A stretch of 64,000 nucleotides of DNA from Candidatus Poribacteria bacterium. GTDB taxonomy: Bacteria > Poribacteria > WGA-4E > WGA-3G. Positions 8,559 to 17,658 of this stretch are shown one piece after another. A program made the position numbers and the translations under genes. The stretch is taken from contig OZ242029.1 in NCBI GenBank assembly GCA_965205015.1, positions 64,001 to 128,000 of the forward strand, read 5' to 3'. Position 1 is the stretch's first letter. Every line of letters starts with the position of its first letter. A model generated the notes under the pieces. That model was not told the DNA's origin, did no database searches, and saw nothing but the letters and a program-made list of their open reading frames with translations.

Positions 8559-11500
8559 GCGAGAGAAACTACTTAGGGACTTGCAAGACTTCGCCACGCT
8601 AGGAAATGGAGTCATTATAGGAAGTCCAGGCGTTGGGAAAACGTACCTACTAAAAGAACTCTATCGGAGTTTAGACTCTCTTGAAATACCGGAATTCATA
8701 CTTCCTATTGATCAACTTGGAGATGGGACTGACAAAACTTTACGCGAAGAGTTGTCTTACGAGGGTGATCTGATTGAAAGGTTGAAATCCGTCCCTGTTT
8801 CAGACAAGAAAGCAATATTACTTTTTGATGCCTTTGATGCTGCCCGAGATGAACAGACGCGTAAACGTTTTCTGGACCTCATTCGCAGTGCAATTTTTGA
8901 ACTCCACGAGTCGTGGAATATCATCGTTACAGTCCGAACATACGACGCGAAAAAATCGCAGGAACTCTTAGACCTATTCGGCAATCCCAATGAAGCAGAT
9001 CTAACCAAATACAAAAGTAAAGACATACTATGCCGACATTTTACAATTCCCCCTTTTGATGAGCATGAGATTCTACAGGCATTTGATCAAATCGGGTGCC
9101 CGAAATCCATATACGAGGACGAGGAGGTCTCTCAGGACTTTAAGAACATCCTTGCAAACCCTTTCAATCTTTGGCTATTAGAAAAGATTCTAAAGAGCTC
9201 AGACGGGATTCCCGATTTTAGTCAGATTCATTCTGAAGTCCAGTTACTCGGTCTGTTTTGGCAACGACGGATTGAGAACGAAAACAGTGAGCACCTTCTG
9301 AGGCAAATCTCAGATAAGATGGTTCAAGAACGCTCATTGAGTGTCAGGGTAGATGACGTTTATGACGATGTAGACCTCGATAAACCAATGAGAAAAAACG
9401 CTTGGGATAAACTCCAGAGTGATGAAATCCTATCAAAGGTCTCTTCGTCTGGACAACGGATCGCTTTTTCTCATAATATCCTTTTTGACTATGCAATTAG
9501 CATTCTGCTCATTGATGATGAATCTCAACACCTTGAAGATTTTATTCTTGAGGATGAGTCACGTCCACTTTTTCTGCGCCCGAGTCTTACCTACTTTTTC
9601 ACTCGACTCTGGTACTATGATGACTCCACAAATTTTTGGCGCGCCTTCTGGCATATTTTGCAAAGAGATCAATTTATATCTTTGCGTCTCGTCGCGCGCT
9701 TGATTCCGACAAGCGTTATCGCAAATGAAGCCCGCGGAATTGAGCAATTGGAACCACTCTTGAAGAAACTACAGAACAGAGAAAAAATCGCAAACGAGGC
9801 AATAACACGGCTTCTGCAGGCACTCCAAACTCTACAAATTAAGCGGGACGCGCTCTGGATTGATTTTTTCGACCAAATCTCAGCGCACTTGCATAGTGAT
9901 TTTGCTTGGGATTTGGCAAATCTCACTTCAGATATCCTTGAGCGAGCACCAAAGACTGAAACACCTATCATAGACCCTTGTGGACAGATTGGACGGCGAC
10001 TGTTGAAGTGGGTATGGCAGGAAAGAGAAACGGGCGAAAACAATTGGTATGATCGCTTTGGGGGGCGTTGGGCGGTGCCGCTTGTTGCCAAAACCTACGG
10101 CACCAATGTCGATGAATCTCGAACACTTCTCAAAAAGGTTCTTGAACTGACAAAGGAAGAAAATTTTCCGATAGGCTTTCTGTCATGGTTAACCGAACAT
10201 GTTACTAAGATTTGGGACCATGATCCTAAATTTGTTATCTCAATCTATTACACTGTTTTTTCACACCAATTCACTGGCGATGGAGAAACAATACGAGGTG
10301 GAGCTGTCTTACCAATAACAACTTATCGCAGACAAGATTTTGAGATGTGTCAGTATCGATTGGTAAAGCATTTCTCCAATTTTCTTCGAGCAGCACCATT
10401 ACACGCAGCGAAAGCGGTGATCCGAAGTTTAAACGTCTTTATTGTTAGAGAACATAGCGTCAGGACAGAAGACATAAAGATGTTCAATTTTCGTGGAAAA
10501 TCTACTTGTTTTGTGCAAGATCATAGTTATATCTGGGATGAACAACAGTACACCGACGAGCCGATTGAAATGGCGGACGCTCTGTTTGAATACATCGGAG
10601 AATTGGCGATGTCGGAAGATCCGCGTCTTGATTCACTACTTGATGTTTTCTACGATGAGGTGGTAGTTGCTTTCTTTTGGAAACGGCTTTTGAAGACAGG
10701 GTCCCAGTTTCCAAAGGTCTTCGCTCCCCGTCTTTTTGAATTGTGCATTGCAGAGCCGATACAGAGGCATTCCGAAGCCTTTTATGAACTTTGCCTGTTT
10801 TTAAAAGCCGCTGCGTCTGATTTCACACCGAATAAACTTCTTCAGATTGAAAAGAGCATTTTGGCACTCCCAAGCGAAGCGAGAGACAAAAATCATCGTA
10901 ACGTTCTTGAAGAGGATAGAAATCGGCTTCTTGCCCAAATCCCGGTGGATTTGTTATGTACTGACGAAGCAAAGAGAATTCGAGAAGAAATGGAGCGTAA
11001 AAACGATGTTTCGGAGAATCGACCACCGGTTCGTTTTAGCACCTCGTGGGGACCCGTTACTGAGGAGAAGTGGCTTCAAACACAAGGTGTTGACACGACT
11101 ATACCTGAAAATCAAGAGTTACAACGCTTGTCCAGCCCTCTCAATAAATTCAGTTCAGATTGGCTAAATGATGCCCCAACTCAAGAAGCTATTAGGTTAA
11201 TTTTACCGAAGTTACAGGAGGCGTACACTAAACTAAAAAGCAACACAGAAGCCAATCAGGAAGCAATCAATCTACTGTGGCATAATCTAACCGATTGTGT
11301 AGCAATTCTCGGCCGAATTGCTAATAACCTTGAAAGTAATTCTTTCGCCTTTTGCCGACAAGTTCTCCTAGAGGCTTCAAAACATGAACAGCCTCAGCCG
11401 GACCCTAAATACGATGACGAATTTGATCATCCGGGTTATTCCTCATTTCCACGGCATGAAGCCGCCCGTGGATTACTGAGACTTGCGTTTCATCAACCTG

Positions 11501-12585
11501 ACCCAGAAATATTAGAGGCAATTGAAATACTGGCGAGTGACCCTGTACCATCTGTTAGGATGGTAACGGCGATGGAATTAACTAATGTTTATGTCAAATC
11601 TCCAGAAAGGTTCTGGCACATCATGGACAATAGGGCAATCCATGAACGGAATCGCATCGTGCAAAAATATCTCTACCATACATTAACTCGGGTGGTTGCA
11701 AAGGAAAAAGAGAATGAAGACAAGACAACTCGCGTCATGGCGAAACTATTGGAGCATACACCTCCACCTACAGAAGGATTAGAACCGTCAGATTCATTCA
11801 TCGTTTTGTTAATGTGGCTGATAATTGATCGCCAAAATCCATGGGCATTGAAAACAATCGAAGATACATTTTTCACGGATCCCATCCGGTTTGCTAACCC
11901 TCTGAGTCGTGCAGTGTCTGAGATCGTGAGAGATTACGTCCTCCCTAAACATCTTGAAACAGATATAGGACGCGAAAGAGCAAAACGAGCTATTGGATGG
12001 TTAGGGCAAGTGATCGATATAATTGCTGATAGGGTTATGGAATTGTATGGTATCGCCAAAGAACATGAGACTGAAGAAGGAGTGAAAGAGTTACACAACA
12101 CCTACAAAGCAATTGATGAGGTGATAACACGTCTTTACTTTGCAGTTGCCTACAAAAGAGATCAATCTGAGGAACCTGTTGAGGAAATCTCCAACGAGTT
12201 ACGCTGTGATTTCTATAATGAAGTCAAACCTTTGATGCAACAGGTCATTACTTTTGCACAAAAACCAGAAAGCGGTATTATGTTTGCACCGACAGCACAC
12301 TATTTCATGCAACTTCTAACGAGTTTTCTCAGTTGCGATCCCAAAGGTATTTTACGCTTAGCCTCAAGGGTTGCGAAGTCAAGTGAACGGTTCGGTTATA
12401 CGCTTGATTCCATCGCGGTTCGGGATGTTGTCGAATTTGTTGAAATTGTCCTCGCTGACTACCGAGATGAGGTGCGTGATGGTGAAGCATTGGAGGACCT
12501 GCTAAATCTCTTGGATATGTTTGCCAAAATAGGATGGACGGATGCCCTTAAACTTGTTTGGCGGCTTGATGAGGTTTTTCGGTAG
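8548..12585 (+). CDS. STAND/NACHT-like ATPase with long helical sensor region (Avs/AVAST-like), no fused effector
   Basis: Walker A GSPGVGKT near residue 25, Walker B LLFDAFD, sensor TVR, NPFNL and FSHNILFDY, then ~1000 aa of helical repeats; own AAGGAGG RBS; 11-nt overlap with the SIR2 gene. Confidence 0.78.
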   Translation: MKIKREKLLRDLQDFATLGNGVIIGSPGVGKTYLLKELYRSLDSLEIPEFILPIDQLGDGTDKTLREELSYEGDLIERLKSVPVSDKKAILLFDAFDAARDEQTRKRFLDLIRSAIFELHESWNIIVTVRTYDAKKSQELLDLFGNPNEADLTKYKSKDILCRHFTIPPFDEHEILQAFDQIGCPKSIYEDEEVSQDFKNILANPFNLWLLEKILKSSDGIPDFSQIHSEVQLLGLFWQRRIENENSEHLLRQISDKMVQERSLSVRVDDVYDDVDLDKPMRKNAWDKLQSDEILSKVSSSGQRIAFSHNILFDYAISILLIDDESQHLEDFILEDESRPLFLRPSLTYFFTRLWYYDDSTNFWRAFWHILQRDQFISLRLVARLIPTSVIANEARGIEQLEPLLKKLQNREKIANEAITRLLQALQTLQIKRDALWIDFFDQISAHLHSDFAWDLANLTSDILERAPKTETPIIDPCGQIGRRLLKWVWQERETGENNWYDRFGGRWAVPLVAKTYGTNVDESRTLLKKVLELTKEENFPIGFLSWLTEHVTKIWDHDPKFVISIYYTVFSHQFTGDGETIRGGAVLPITTYRRQDFEMCQYRLVKHFSNFLRAAPLHAAKAVIRSLNVFIVREHSVRTEDIKMFNFRGKSTCFVQDHSYIWDEQQYTDEPIEMADALFEYIGELAMSEDPRLDSLLDVFYDEVVVAFFWKRLLKTGSQFPKVFAPRLFELCIAEPIQRHSEAFYELCLFLKAAASDFTPNKLLQIEKSILALPSEARDKNHRNVLEEDRNRLLAQIPVDLLCTDEAKRIREEMERKNDVSENRPPVRFSTSWGPVTEEKWLQTQGVDTTIPENQELQRLSSPLNKFSSDWLNDAPTQEAIRLILPKLQEAYTKLKSNTEANQEAINLLWHNLTDCVAILGRIANNLESNSFAFCRQVLLEASKHEQPQPDPKYDDEFDHPGYSSFPRHEAARGLLRLAFHQPDPEILEAIEILASDPVPSVRMVTAMELTNVYVKSPERFWHIMDNRAIHERNRIVQKYLYHTLTRVVAKEKENEDKTTRVMAKLLEHTPPPTEGLEPSDSFIVLLMWLIIDRQNPWALKTIEDTFFTDPIRFANPLSRAVSEIVRDYVLPKHLETDIGRERAKRAIGWLGQVIDIIADRVMELYGIAKEHETEEGVKELHNTYKAIDEVITRLYFAVAYKRDQSEEPVEEISNELRCDFYNEVKPLMQQVITFAQKPESGIMFAPTAHYFMQLLTSFLSCDPKGILRLASRVAKSSERFGYTLDSIAVRDVVEFVEIVLADYRDEVRDGEALEDLLNLLDMFAKIGWTDALKLVWRLDEVFR

Positions 12586-12807
12586 TTTTTTTATGAAGCA
12601 CGCGTTCGATAAAGTCTGCACATTTCGCTCCGCTGGGGCTTAGGGTTCGGGGATGTTGCATTTTCTATAGACATTGAAGAAACACCCAAGCAAAAACCCC
12701 CACTGGGGCTTTAAGGCAGTGGTAGGTTCCGTGTTCTATACATATTTCTTCCTGTTAGGGCTTAGGTATTTATACTCGGACATTTATGAAGGAAATTCCA
12801 ATTAAGG

Positions 12808-12929
12808 CAGGACTTACGCAAATTTGTATTCTGCGACCAAATTAATTGTTCAGAACCCAAGAATGCGCAATGAATTGCGCTACTACAAACCAGAGATGAC
12901 ACGAAAATGAGCAAGCTGCGTAAGTCCTA
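12808..12929. mobile_element. MITE-like element (right), inverted relative to 6312-6460
   Basis: Ends CAGGACTTACGCA and TGCGTAAGTCCTA; internal GCGCAATGAATTGCGCTACTAC REP. Confidence 0.75.
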
Positions 12930-12930
12930 T

Positions 12931-13733
12931 AAGGAAAATCCAATGAATTTCCTAATAGTACTTTCCATCTTTTGGGTGAGCGTGCTTGTCAAATTTTCCA
13001 GATATCCATAAGTCCAGACAGCACGTTAATACCACTTGATACCAACAAGCACGGGTAATGAGACGTGTTTGTTAAAACGCAACCATTTCTAAAACACAAC
13101 TCATTGTTTGGGCAGGCTTCGCGCCTGCCCAATTTCTTTGCAGTTAAGTAACCCTCACGGTGTTTGTTTCAGACTCGCCCAAGTGCCGACTCGCTTGCGT
13201 TTGACCGCACTCGGTGCCGACGGAGCCGGTTGCTCGTAGAACCCGGGAGACCCCATGTCTTCCCGATGTCCATAGTAATAAACCTCCGGGGGCGACTCGC
13301 TCGGGACCACCTGATGCGAGACCCGCGCCTGGTTCTGATGGAGCGGTGCCACCGGATCCCCTAACGCACCAAAAGCTGCCCTACCGAGACGGTGAATCTC
13401 TGCGCCATCGGCATCCGTCAACACCCACCCGCGTTTGAGGACGTTGTCTATGTTCAAGTTGTAGACCTGTGTTGCTTCTATCCCGGAAAATCGCCATGCC
13501 GAAACTGTTCCGGTTGATAGGATCGCGACACCACCCCCTGCTATGCTGAACCCGTCCTGTGTTCCAGCGAGCGTCAGTGTGTGGACTTTATGGGGGGCGT
13601 TGGCTGACCGTCGGGTGGCGTATTGGAACGTCCAACCTTTGAGGTTAACTGCCTCGGTGTTGGGGTTATACACCTCAATCCACTGTGGTAATCCACTACT
13701 CCCAGCAGACCAATCTCTGACCATATACTCTGT
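12931..13733. repeat. Direct repeat A2
   Basis: Matches 3965-4767. Confidence 0.95.
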
Positions 13734-14585
13734 CACACGTATCGGTTGCATCAGTGGAGCACTCGGTCGCCTTTCTTGCGGCGCGATGCCTGCCGCAATA
13801 GGTCCCACGGGTTGAGGACTGGATGTCCCTGCGGGGGTTCCACCCGTCACTACCGTTGTGGGTTGAGTAACCGTCGGTTGATTCACAGGTTGCTGATTCA
13901 CAGGTTGCTGATTCACAGGTTGCTGATTCACAGGTTGCTGATTGGCAGGGCGTTGAATCCCTCCCAAAGGTGCATTCACTTGAGGTGAGGACTGCAGAAT
14001 CAGCCCAGCGCTTTGAACCACAGTGCCTTCAACCATTCGTGTGCCTACATTCGAGTGGTCGTTATCCAAATAGTGAGGATTCGGGTGCGGATGTGGATTA
14101 GTTATCGAAGAGTGTTTGTGTCCCACGCGATGCGTGTGCGATGCATAGTCATCATGCCGGTGGGCAGTAAAGGTATGCCAATGCCACTCGTTGGTATTCT
14201 CTACGGGATCAGGAGTAGGATCCGGATCTGGAGCCGCTTCATATCCAGTGGCACTGGTATCATGAGAATTAGCGTGTGCATTGGCAAATCCATCTTTCAG
14301 ATGCGGGTGATTAATAGTCTTACCTGTGCCCGCCGGTGCTCTTGCCGGTGTAGTGGTAAGTCCTGGAACAGCAGTGTTGTGATGAATCTCCGGATGACCT
14401 GGATCTGTCAGCTCCCCGCTTTCCCAGTCGACGACATTTCTATGATAATGCCACCCTGAACCGTGTTCATGATAAAGATCACCATCGTAAGTAGGACTAC
14501 TCACATCGTGTGCGTAGACAGATGAAATAGCCGTCAATACGCAAAAAACGGATAAGACGCTAAAAGTCAGTATTTTTGAAAACAT
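13155..14585 (-). CDS. Secreted His-rich protein with C-terminal lamin-tail domain (paralog 2)
   Basis: Signal peptide ending VYA-H, very His-rich N-terminal region, NQQPV repeats; last ~190 aa nearly identical to paralog 1. Confidence 0.8.
   Translation of the reverse strand: MFSKILTFSVLSVFCVLTAISSVYAHDVSSPTYDGDLYHEHGSGWHYHRNVVDWESGELTDPGHPEIHHNTAVPGLTTTPARAPAGTGKTINHPHLKDGFANAHANSHDTSATGYEAAPDPDPTPDPVENTNEWHWHTFTAHRHDDYASHTHRVGHKHSSITNPHPHPNPHYLDNDHSNVGTRMVEGTVVQSAGLILQSSPQVNAPLGGIQRPANQQPVNQQPVNQQPVNQQPVNQPTVTQPTTVVTGGTPAGTSSPQPVGPIAAGIAPQERRPSAPLMQPIRVTEYMVRDWSAGSSGLPQWIEVYNPNTEAVNLKGWTFQYATRRSANAPHKVHTLTLAGTQDGFSIAGGGVAILSTGTVSAWRFSGIEATQVYNLNIDNVLKRGWVLTDADGAEIHRLGRAAFGALGDPVAPLHQNQARVSHQVVPSESPPEVYYYGHREDMGSPGFYEQPAPSAPSAVKRKRVGTWASLKQTP
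13879..13943. repeat. 15-bp tandem repeat (4 full copies plus partial) encoding NQQPV
   Basis: TGATTCACAGGTTGC x4 read directly. Confidence 0.95.
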
Positions 14586-14653
14586 TTTTCAAATCTCCTT
14601 TTTAATTTACTTTAGAAGCACAACCTAACAGGTGCTGCGACAAGGGACCTCTT

Positions 14654-14706
14654 AACAAAAATAGCCCGCAACGCGGCAAGCGTGTGGAAACGCAGCGCGG
14701 GCGGGC
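14654..14706 (-). terminator. Putative leader attenuator hairpin, copy 2
   Basis: Minus strand GCCCGC-C-CGCG-CT-GCGT-TTCCAC-ACGC-TTGC-CGCG-TT-GCGGGC followed by TATTTTTGTT. Confidence 0.55.
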
Positions 14707-14766
14707 GCGAAAAAACCGCGACAGCAGCGAAGCTGCGGACGCAGTTTATGAGATAGATATGTAAAA

Positions 14767-14901
14767 TTACTTCACGGGGGTTAAGAGGGGGGGGGTACTC
14801 GTACCTTGACTAACCACACACCAGCCGGATACCGGGACCCAGCACGGAGGCACGTTTGCTGTGGATATGGTCAGAAGAAGGGGGTCTCTATAAGCCTTCA
14901 T
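14767..14901 (-). CDS. Leader uORF2 copy 2 (44 aa) containing the C9 tract at 14787-14795
   Basis: Manual translation MKAYRDPLLLTISTANVPPCWVPVSGWCVVSQGTSTPPLLTPVK*; start overlaps the end of uORF1. Confidence 0.4.
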   Translation of the reverse strand: MKAYRDPLLLTISTANVPPCWVPVSGWCVVSQGTSTPPLLTPVK

Positions 14902-15043
14902 ACGCGTTAGTCGGGATGTCCTGAATTTGTAGATTTAAGTTATCATAAACCCAAGTTGCCAGTGAGTCGGCAGTTGTAAATCCATGAAATATCTCAATGG
15001 TTTCTCTTTTAGCGTTGTGTCGGTTGCGAAAATCGCAACTCAA
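14888..15043 (-). CDS. Leader uORF1 copy 2 (51 aa)
   Basis: TTG after AGAAAGAGGA; MSCDFRNRHNAKRETIEIFHGFTTADSLATWVYDNLNLQIQDIPTNAYEGL*. Confidence 0.45.
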   Translation of the reverse strand: MSCDFRNRHNAKRETIEIFHGFTTADSLATWVYDNLNLQIQDIPTNAYEGL

Positions 15044-15330
15044 ACGTATCCTCTTTCTAATGCTCTATAGTCACTTAGGTCACTTTTTACTTATTCATCA
15101 TATAAAATATAAATGGCATATGTAACTAAGGATTATACAAAATTGTCAGGTAAAAAGCAAATTATATTTACAAAAATTGCTAATTTTTCTTAAAAAGTGA
15201 ATAATATTTTAGAATTGTCGCTAATTTTTTCTGAGAAACACCTTTCCAAAATACCGTGGGGATCTTCAGCATTTACCAGAATTCACATCGAATTTAAAAT
15301 TTGACCCAAAATGAAATGCGTGATAGTATA
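14972..15330. repeat. Direct repeat B2
   Basis: Matches 5951-6304. Confidence 0.9.
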
Positions 15331-15529
15331 TACTATTACTATAACGCAAGTTGCCCCCTATTTAGAGACATAGCACCCCTACGGGGTGCTATCGCTTAAA
15401 TACGCCATTTTCCATAGACATATCACCCCTAAATCAACGTCAGAATGCGCGTGCTGAAACTGCTACAGATTTCCGGGATTATCAAGAAATTCGATCTAAC
15501 TTAAAAAAAGAAGGAAAACTTCGACGGAC

Positions 15530-16711
15530 ATGAAAATAAAAGAAATTCAAGCCGAATTATCAACATTAGGATTAGATGGATGGCTCCTCTACGATTTCCG
15601 TGGGATAAACCCGATTGCACAGAACGTCGCAGGCTTAGCAGAGGCACATATCACACGCCGATGGTTCTGTCTCATCCCCACCCACGGTGAACCGCGATGG
15701 CTCGTCCATAAGATTGAGACATCTAACTTCACGGGTGTCCAAGGCACCGTCGCCCTTTACGCCGGTTGGGAAGAACTTAACCAAGCAATCCGCGCCCTAC
15801 TCACTGGCGTTAAAACCGTTGCGATGGAGTATTCACCAAACGCCGAAATCCCTTATATCTCACGGGTAGATGCCGGCACTTTGGAATGGATTCGCTCGAT
15901 CGGAGTCGAGGTGCACACATCCGCGGAACTCGCCCAACGGATGGAAGCACGCCTGAGCGAAGCACAAGCAACCGGACACCAGACGTCCGCACACTTGGTG
16001 CTACAGGCGAAAGACTATGCCTTCGCGTGGATCGGTTCACAATTGCGTGATGGGAAAACAATTACGGAATACGACGTGCAGCAGGTCATTCTCGGACAAT
16101 TCGATGAGATGGATTTAGTCACCGATCACCCCCCGATCGTCGCTGCGAACGCCAAGAGCAGCGATCCGCATTATGCCCCGACTTCAACAGACACCCAAGA
16201 GATTAAAACAGGCGACTTTATCCTCATCGATTTATGGGCAAAACAGAAAGATCCCGATGCAGTCTTTGCAGATACCACCTGGGTGGCGTATGCGGATAAA
16301 ACGGTTCCGGGGCGGTATGTTGAAATCTTCGATATTGTCAAGGAAGCGCGGGATAGAGCCGTGCGGTTCATCCGTGAGAAATGGGCTGTCGACGCACCGA
16401 TTCACGGCTACGAAGTCGACGACTGCGTCAGAGGGTATATCACAGAAAAAGGATACGGTGAGTTCTTCATCCACCGCACGGGACACAACATCGGCACGGT
16501 TATCCACGGAAACGGTGTGAATTTAGACAACTTAGAAACGCGCGATGGACGTGCGTTGATTTCTGGGATCTGCTTCTCAATTGAGCCGGGTATCTACCTT
16601 ACCGATTTCGGCGTTCGGACAGAAATTGACGTTTTCTTAGCCGGTCCAGGGAGAGACGGCGTAAAAGTGACAACCGCGCCCGTTCAAAATCGGGTATTGC
16701 CGTTGCTGTAA
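15530..16711 (+). CDS. M24 family metallopeptidase (Xaa-Pro aminopeptidase-like)
   Basis: ILIDLW, FADTTW, HRTGHNIG, SIEPGIY and GVRTE metal-binding motifs. Confidence 0.9.
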   Translation: MKIKEIQAELSTLGLDGWLLYDFRGINPIAQNVAGLAEAHITRRWFCLIPTHGEPRWLVHKIETSNFTGVQGTVALYAGWEELNQAIRALLTGVKTVAMEYSPNAEIPYISRVDAGTLEWIRSIGVEVHTSAELAQRMEARLSEAQATGHQTSAHLVLQAKDYAFAWIGSQLRDGKTITEYDVQQVILGQFDEMDLVTDHPPIVAANAKSSDPHYAPTSTDTQEIKTGDFILIDLWAKQKDPDAVFADTTWVAYADKTVPGRYVEIFDIVKEARDRAVRFIREKWAVDAPIHGYEVDDCVRGYITEKGYGEFFIHRTGHNIGTVIHGNGVNLDNLETRDGRALISGICFSIEPGIYLTDFGVRTEIDVFLAGPGRDGVKVTTAPVQNRVLPLL

Positions 16712-17450
16712 CCTGATAATTCCGTTTTTTCAAATCAGTGAGAATGTGTGAAAGGTAGAGGCGTGCATTCAGGATCCATTGGTCGGCATACGCCGATGCG
16801 AGCAACGGAAGTGCCATTGTTAAACGTGGCGAGTCGAGGAGCCACTGTTCCGCGTACTCGGCATAGTCTGTATCAACAAGCCCAGTACTACCGATCGGAT
16901 AGATGACGTAGCGCTTATCGTCTCGCACTTCCAGTCTTGGATCGAGCGGCGTGTCAAGGTTCAGACGCTTGGTGCTGTCAATCTCGAGCACCCAAAAAAA
17001 ATAATCCTCATTGTGTCCCAAGTATCCGATCTCTACATCAAGCCGATGTCTATCTTCGGTCAGAATCGGGATTGCCTCCATATCGCGTTTAACTAAAACC
17101 GGATAGATCGCGGCGAAAAAGATCTGTTCAAATCCAAGCGGATGGTGCGCATGCCTCAGGATGTCTAAAAGAATTTGTGCATCTTCGGTGCGTTGCAATT
17201 CTAAACAACTTTTCGCGAAGACTTCATCACGGATGGATCGGAGGTCTGTGGGATCATTTGAATCCAGGGGTGAGAGTTCGCGTATCAGTTTGAGAATGTG
17301 TCGGCGTTTGGGCATAACTCGCCAAAGCATCCAATTCCATAAAGTCTGCCATGTCCCGCTTTCCCATAATTGATTGAGAAGGGCTCGCACGCTGAAAAAG
17401 AAGCGTTGGAATATGTTTTGAGATGGGAGACTTCGGTGTTCGTTCGCCAT
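16599..17450 (-). CDS. hypothetical protein
   Basis: Long ORF. Start moved to ATG 17450 because the longer version overlaps the tRNA and its promoter. 3' end overlaps the peptidase gene by 113 nt. Confidence 0.55.
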   Translation of the reverse strand: MANEHRSLPSQNIFQRFFFSVRALLNQLWESGTWQTLWNWMLWRVMPKRRHILKLIRELSPLDSNDPTDLRSIRDEVFAKSCLELQRTEDAQILLDILRHAHHPLGFEQIFFAAIYPVLVKRDMEAIPILTEDRHRLDVEIGYLGHNEDYFFWVLEIDSTKRLNLDTPLDPRLEVRDDKRYVIYPIGSTGLVDTDYAEYAEQWLLDSPRLTMALPLLASAYADQWILNARLYLSHILTDLKKRNYQVTATAIPDFERARLSLLRRLSLDRLRKRQFLSERRNR

Positions 17451-17476
17451 AATTCCTAAGACTGTTTGGCGTGAAT

Positions 17477-17505
17477 TTGACTTTCCGCCCAGAATATAGT
17501 ATAAT
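17477..17505 (+). promoter_or_regulatory. Putative sigma70 promoter of tRNA-Leu
   Basis: TTGACT-17 nt-TATAAT. Confidence 0.65.
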
Positions 17506-17530
17506 ATATGTGGTTTCCAATGATAGAATC

Positions 17531-17615
17531 GCCGGAGTGGTGAAATTGGTAGACGCACGGGACTCAAAATCCCGCGGGCCCTAGGTCCATGTCGGTTCGA
17601 GTCCGACCTCCGGCA
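17531..17615 (+). tRNA. tRNA-Leu(CAA)
   Basis: GCCGGAG/CTCCGGC acceptor stem, anticodon arm CGGGA-CTCAAAA-TCCCG, long variable arm, GGTTCGAGTCC T-loop; CCA not encoded. Confidence 0.96.
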
Positions 17616-17618
17616 TGC

Positions 17619-17647
17619 GGCGATGGTTTCTCAGGAGCCATCGCCTT
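17619..17647. terminator. Hairpin terminator between the tRNA and the convergent isomerase gene
   Basis: GGCGATGGTTTC...GGAGCCATCGCC followed by TTCTCTGTTT. Confidence 0.7.
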
Positions 17648-17658
17648 CTCTGTTTCCA

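Noticed and set aside
3965-15330. Diversity-generating retroelement (template/variable repeat pair)
   Set aside because: No reverse transcriptase in the window; differences between copies are mostly synonymous and not adenine-specific; both copies are coding.
17451-17567. N-terminal extension of ORF 16599-17567
   Set aside because: Overlaps tRNA-Leu and its promoter on the opposite strand.
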